From: a virus
Taxonomy: Duplodnaviria > Caudoviricetes
DNA length: 64,000 nucleotides
Virus record (IMG/VR): IMGVR_UViG_3300033519_000155
Span: 1-64,000 of that record
Direction: 5' to 3' (one strand)
Shown one piece after another: positions 60,001 to 64,000 of this stretch. Under the pieces are notes generated by a model, which was not told where the DNA came from, did no database searches, and saw only the letters and a program-made list of their open reading frames with translations. Position 1 is the stretch's first letter. Every line of letters begins with the position of its first letter. The position numbers and the translations under genes are program-made.

Positions 60001-63000
60001 AGAATTTCTTTTAATTTATCATCAACAGCATCTAAAGCTTGCTCTTCACTGGTATAACTTTTAATTAAGCTTTTAGCGTAACCATCAAGTTCTTGTCCTG
60101 CTTCAAGTTGAGCAATTAAGGGTTCAACCATATCTTTTTGTAGGTCTAAGGAAGCTTCTAAAATATCACGCTGTTTTAAAAGTAATTCAGTTTCTTGTTC
60201 TATAGTATAAGTTTTTGTAACATCTTGTTTTTTTGCTTCTTCAGTAGCTAAAAGAGCTAATTTTAAATCTTGCTCTTCTTTTACTAATCGTATTCTTTCA
60301 TCTAATTCTTTTCTTGCAAAATCACGTTCTAAAAGAAATCTTCTGCTTGCATAGTCCGAAGCAAGTTTAGTTTTATCAGTTTCATATTTAGCATATTCTT
60401 TAAATTCTTCCTGAAGAGCAAATATAGCTTTTTTCTTTTCAATATCTATAGACTGGAAGTTATTAGTTCCACCGGAAGCAATTTTACTTGCCATTTCTAA
60501 TCTTATCTTATAAGTATCAATAGCAAGTTTTTTCATTCCATCTGCTATAGATTTTTCTATTGCTAATCTTCTTTCAGCATCATCTTTAAATTCTCCTGCG
60601 TATTTATGCATGTAACCTTCGATAGCTTTATAGTAGTCTGCTTGTGTTATTTTACCATCTGCAAGTTTTTCAGTTTGGAATTTTGTAAAATCTTGGAAAG
60701 AAGTTTGGGAAAGCTGATTTAATTTTGTTTCTGCTTTTGCTAAATCTTCAGGAACTTTTTCTAATTCTTTTCTATGAGTATCAATATAGGTTTTTTGGGC
60801 ATCATAGAATTGTCTTGAATTAATTATTCCTTGTTTATATGCCCCCTCATGAGTTTTTGTAAAAAAGTTTAGACCATCAGAGATAGATTGAATATACTCT
60901 TTATTTGCTTTTTCAGATAAAGCTGTGGAAGTATTTGTAGCATCTCCACCTTTAATAGCTAAATCTAAAGTTTTAGCAAAAAGTCTATTTTTTTCTTCTC
61001 TAGTTTTATTACTTTCATTATCAAGCACTTTTTGTTCATGCAGGAGTGCTATATGTTTAGGAGTATCTTTTAGTCCAGCTTTTTCTAATTTTTCTAAATC
61101 TGTTTTTATAATTTTTGCTTTGGCATCTTGGGCAATAATAGTTTGGTCAACAAATAGTAATTTATTTTTAGACTCTTTATATTCTATAGTAATATTATTT
61201 AGATTTTCAAATGTCTTTGCATGATGTTCTGCCTGTTTTGTGTAATTTTCATAATCTGCCTGAGTAACAAGAGCAGTTTTTTGACCTTTAAAATCACTTA
61301 ATACTTTAGCTAAAGCAACATCTAATTTTTTCTTTTCTTTTTCAAAAAGTTTATCAAATTCTACTTCAACACCTGCATCCATCTTATAATTTCTAGAAAA
61401 AGTCGCTGCTTTAGAAGTATCTTTTGTATCAGATTGGTAAGTTTTCATATTTCGGAGCATTGCAAGTCTGTTAAAAGCTATGCCTGTTTCATTTGCACCT
61501 TGATTTTTTGAGTATATGTCAGCTTCTTTTAAAGCATCTTTAACAAAAGTTTGCATTTTTCCTGCATTATCTAGGGTTTTTACTTGTGGTGTTATACCTT
61601 TCCCTACTACAGAAGATTTACCTTTGTCTAGCATATCAAATGCTTTAGTTTTCCAGTCTTGAAATATGTTTGTAGTTACAGTTATGTCTTTTAAAATACC
61701 TTCAATTTGAGAAAGTAATTTTTTTCTACCTGTGTTAGAGTCGAATTGTTCTGAAGGAGCTTTTTTTATTTGCGTGTGTGCTTTTTCTAAAAGTTCAACC
61801 CCTATTTTATATTTTTCATTTAATTCTGTCCACGTTTCTAAATCTTTTTTACTTAATTCTACACCATCAGTTTTTAATTTATTTAATCTTGTATAATTAG
61901 CAAATTGTTCTTTATTTTCACCTAAGTCAGTTAAAATATTTTTTGTGCCCTCAAGTAAAGTTGTGCGTTTAAAAGGGTCTTTTTTGTCAGGAGAAAAATA
62001 AATAGGTGTATTATTAAATTTCATACCACTTTTTTTCATTAGGGGGTTTTCATCTGACGTGAACGGAGTAATATCTAAAGGTGTTTGTGCATACTCTTCT
62101 CGTTCAAATTCTTTTAAATATGTGGGGTTTAATCCAGAAAAATCAGGTTTTTTAGTTAATTTAAAACCTTGATTATCCATTTTTTCTTTAAAATAATTAC
62201 GTTGTGCTGCTTTATCTAAATCTACAAAAGCACCATATATAGCTTCACCAGTATCATAAAGAATTTTATTAAACACTGAAGATTTTTCAAAAGTATTTTT
62301 TATATTAGACAAAGCTGTAGGTCTTGAATTTGTTCCTAAAGTATCAATAACATTTTTAGTATTAGCAACATTATCAGATAGGGATTGAGGTATTGTTGAC
62401 CCCTCAGTTTTTATTTGTAAAGGGGTTTTATTTACTTCTAAAATAGAGTCTTTAAGGTCTCTTACACTTTTATCTAAATTTTTAACTTCATCAGTTACGT
62501 GTAGTTTTTTTGCCCCTAAATAAATTAATGCCTGTGTAGCTTCTTCTGTTTTAATTTTTGTTTCCAAAGCAGCTAAAGAAATACCTCCTAATACTGTTGC
62601 TATGGCAGCAGCACCTAATGTAAAAGGTAAAACTCTTGAAATTGTTGTATATAAACTAATTAATGTAGATTGAACACCTATTAATTTCATGCCTGATGAT
62701 GCTGCTAATGCTTGGGCATGAGCAATTGCAGTATAAGCTTGTATTAATGTTCCACCTGCGGCAGCAGCAGCAAATAATTTTTGCCCTATCTGTGACATGG
62801 CATAACCAGAATATAAAATTCCACCTGCAAGATTTTTATATGCTAAAGGTGCTTTATTTAATTCCATTACTAAATCAGTTAATGATAAAGTTATACTTCT
62901 AAATTGGGGTAATACTACCTGTGCCATCGAGTCTGCTAAAGCTTCTTGGGCATCTTGTAAATTTGATACTGCTATTTTATAGGTATTAGACATTCTCTGC

Positions 63001-64000
63001 ATAGCACCTTTAGAACTATCTTCAATGTATGCCATTAAAGCAGTATTCATTGCTTGCATGTCAGTAATTTGTCCACGAGCGTTTATAACAGTTTCACCAG
63101 TCATTTCTTTAGCTTTTGCAGCAATCATTTGTTTTGTTATACCAAAACCATTTTTCAAACGAACATACATACCATTCATGGCATCTGCTACTGCTTGTGT
63201 TGCTCTTGGGAGGGGTTGAGAGAACGCAGTTGCTAAATCACCAACAACAGTAACCATATCTTTTGTATCTTTTTTAAATGACCCAGCAAACATTTTTAAT
63301 CTTGCATAAGAACCCATAATTTCTGTAACTTGGAAAGGAGTTCTGATTGCTTCTGCTTTTATCCAAGCAATAGTTTCTTCAGTTTTTTGCACATCTCCAC
63401 CATAAGATGTGAGTAATCTTGTTCTTAAAGATTGGAATAAATTACCAACTCTAACAACCTCATTTGTTACTCTTGCAAAACCGTTTGCAACACCATCCAT
63501 TACAACACGAGCTTGTTGCAAAGCGTGAACATTAGCTTGTTCTGCTATTCCTTTTAATTCTTCTTTACTTTTTGCTAACGCTTTATTTTGGTTTTCAACT
63601 GCCTTTGTAGCTTTATCTTCAGCTTTAGCAAATTCATTAGCGGATTTTGTTCTTTCAGAAGCAGTTTGTTTTGCTGTTTTCATTTGGTTATTTAATATTT
63701 GTGTTTGTGCATTTAATTGTGTAATTTTTAACTGTTCATCTTTTAAAATTTGTTTTGAGTCCAATAATTCTTTGTTTACGAGAGCTAATTTTGCTGCTGT
63801 TAATTTTACTGACCCGTCTAGATGATTTTGTATTTGTTTTTCTAATGTTCTTATATTTGTTTTTTCTAGAGAAATATTATGATTTACTCCAGCAATGGTT
63901 CTTTCTTGTGTTAATTTTAATTCTTCAATTCTAGCAACTTCTTTTGCTGCTCGACCTAATTTATTTTGTGCTAATACATTATTTATATTCGCAGTTCTTT
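57066..64000 (-). CDS. Tape measure protein (more than 2300 aa; 5' end beyond window)
   Basis: Frame stays open from 63764 to the window edge; tape-measure domain (AIRTPFQVTEIM..GDLATAF..QAVADA..RLKNGFGI); long Ala/Lys/Glu helical repeats. Confidence 0.92.
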   Translation of the reverse strand, partial: RTANINNVLAQNKLGRAAKEVARIEELKLTQERTIAGVNHNISLEKTNIRTLEKQIQNHLDGSVKLTAAKLALVNKELLDSKQILKDEQLKITQLNAQTQILNNQMKTAKQTASERTKSANEFAKAEDKATKAVENQNKALAKSKEELKGIAEQANVHALQQARVVMDGVANGFARVTNEVVRVGNLFQSLRTRLLTSYGGDVQKTEETIAWIKAEAIRTPFQVTEIMGSYARLKMFAGSFKKDTKDMVTVVGDLATAFSQPLPRATQAVADAMNGMYVRLKNGFGITKQMIAAKAKEMTGETVINARGQITDMQAMNTALMAYIEDSSKGAMQRMSNTYKIAVSNLQDAQEALADSMAQVVLPQFRSITLSLTDLVMELNKAPLAYKNLAGGILYSGYAMSQIGQKLFAAAAAGGTLIQAYTAIAHAQALAASSGMKLIGVQSTLISLYTTISRVLPFTLGAAAIATVLGGISLAALETKIKTEEATQALIYLGAKKLHVTDEVKNLDKSVRDLKDSILEVNKTPLQIKTEGSTIPQSLSDNVANTKNVIDTLGTNSRPTALSNIKNTFEKSSVFNKILYDTGEAIYGAFVDLDKAAQRNYFKEKMDNQGFKLTKKPDFSGLNPTYLKEFEREEYAQTPLDITPFTSDENPLMKKSGMKFNNTPIYFSPDKKDPFKRTTLLEGTKNILTDLGENKEQFANYTRLNKLKTDGVELSKKDLETWTELNEKYKIGVELLEKAHTQIKKAPSEQFDSNTGRKKLLSQIEGILKDITVTTNIFQDWKTKAFDMLDKGKSSVVGKGITPQVKTLDNAGKMQTFVKDALKEADIYSKNQGANETGIAFNRLAMLRNMKTYQSDTKDTSKAATFSRNYKMDAGVEVEFDKLFEKEKKKLDVALAKVLSDFKGQKTALVTQADYENYTKQAEHHAKTFENLNNITIEYKESKNKLLFVDQTIIAQDAKAKIIKTDLEKLEKAGLKDTPKHIALLHEQKVLDNESNKTREEKNRLFAKTLDLAIKGGDATNTSTALSEKANKEYIQSISDGLNFFTKTHEGAYKQGIINSRQFYDAQKTYIDTHRKELEKVPEDLAKAETKLNQLSQTSFQDFTKFQTEKLADGKITQADYYKAIEGYMHKYAGEFKDDAERRLAIEKSIADGMKKLAIDTYKIRLEMASKIASGGTNNFQSIDIEKKKAIFALQEEFKEYAKYETDKTKLASDYASRRFLLERDFARKELDERIRLVKEEQDLKLALLATEEAKKQDVTKTYTIEQETELLLKQRDILEASLDLQKDMVEPLIAQLEAGQELDGYAKSLIKSYTSEEQALDAVDDKLKEILIKERERADLAYANYIDSQKLRVAMGDTSINAQTVTNNAIRYLKESVNPAALEWLKKAQDFINSGNKLSGEQEAYYQSLKKNVAELQKFGFTMVNGVASTNDINTAIQKMGEELGIVADASTGVAGNINSMKTGLDGSVKSANELANSLRTINTITAPQVSGLGNFMDMSEALNTLDLSAFGKNKGTSNKSTSISGGSQYSTNKSYSEREDIVKNMWNNPDVNNMFGKLIEAQKEPTKVDLTTTIKVNAPPGVSGRQKASTKTLSNAQILGFDDPVNDAMAIKAGYDTALQTINKSSQDLANYFKAGTVEAVAQYGSSLKTGESGYVSSGMETQSYSPYTIIETGLSEAAKTLDAILAQAKLTTINTEKSADISSDLLLTFEDPKKPYGFLDSVNTNAIISAGTRKETALDFYWEKTRMEKGNEELSREQSIYSAKEQAQKYLQGGIERVKVEEWFTKRRAEIDKDYAEAMKGKYSEVYQSSLARYTEMVEAQKAKDAEKAEAAKALEYAIAEANYRAYEIDYKNALESLDKQKKAYEAMGLSRYQVDEWYQIQKKALEEKYIADKDAAETKRITDKEAKMQEQLDKEATFWSKEDEAKLNRIKDRYDLEDELLRMLVDAEIISEEIYFAKRMSSTKAMLEEYRKIGLVLQENAKQGQYLSDTGKSILSTYQSLGKSVTDLQSQIDNVQISTKIANDNAAQVKANYAEIEKNKGKLQQLNDTGSRFSQPNQTVDTNIQGTLDDEVLKEQTDILSKQTAAIQSQVETLNPLIQAQNEANMGRPTQATGGLSGIGVTVSGIGVNSATVSSGLGQAPQMPGAISGPSGQQSSGVIYTFKPLYGFDNPSNDRMAQEAGERFGTKLVAKSVEDFTNYFRTGMVSGVQTQNILVQKEGYNMANLQSKQTVTMPSGETKQFFSELKDGVAGLLGDIKKSLATAQGNSYNAYIDNKSVKPNGDIKQNTRGLVNSVIASKYYGRSIL

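Noticed and set aside
1960-63236. Many plus-strand ORFs of 60-200 aa antisense to minus-strand genes (e.g. 1960-2256, 34697-35293, 60925-61224)
   Set aside because: They lie wholly opposite well-supported genes, lack RBSs and recognisable motifs; treated as shadow ORFs.
1-64000. Stop-codon reassignment (suggested by odd tRNAs)
   Set aside because: Genes are long and intact in the standard code, and no suppressor anticodon (CUA/UCA/UUA) is seen.

Overview
This is a 64-kb segment of a large, AT-rich tailed dsDNA bacteriophage genome. It has host-type TTGACA-17-TATAAT promoters and GGAGG ribosome-binding sites. SpoVS-like and 3D-domain genes hint at a Firmicutes-like host (inference). 1-37 kb (minus strand) is a replication, recombination and nucleotide-metabolism arm: intein-containing class II RNR, ThyX-like protein, dUTPase, Tmk, RecA, an SF2 helicase split by a group I intron with an HNH homing endonuclease, intein-containing family A DNA polymerase, SSB, primase, DnaB, a DnaC-like loader, four DNA methyltransferases, QueD, a Mom/DUF4338-like protein and many small ORFs. 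37.1-40.8 kb (plus strand) holds a promoter-to-terminator RNA cassette with one canonical tRNA-Gln(UUG) and four aberrant tRNA-like RNAs, then small early-type genes. After an AT-rich palindromic non-coding region, 41.3-64 kb (minus strand) holds a stand-alone TnpB with an altered RuvC site, a lysis region, tail and receptor-binding genes and the tape measure protein. The top finding is a complete cytoplasmic PAS-GAF histidine kinase plus a receiver-domain protein interleaved with holin-like and endolysin genes in the lysis cassette. The tRNA-like RNA array and the probably nuclease-impaired TnpB come next. All calls rest on motif recognition by eye; no database search or folding computation was run.
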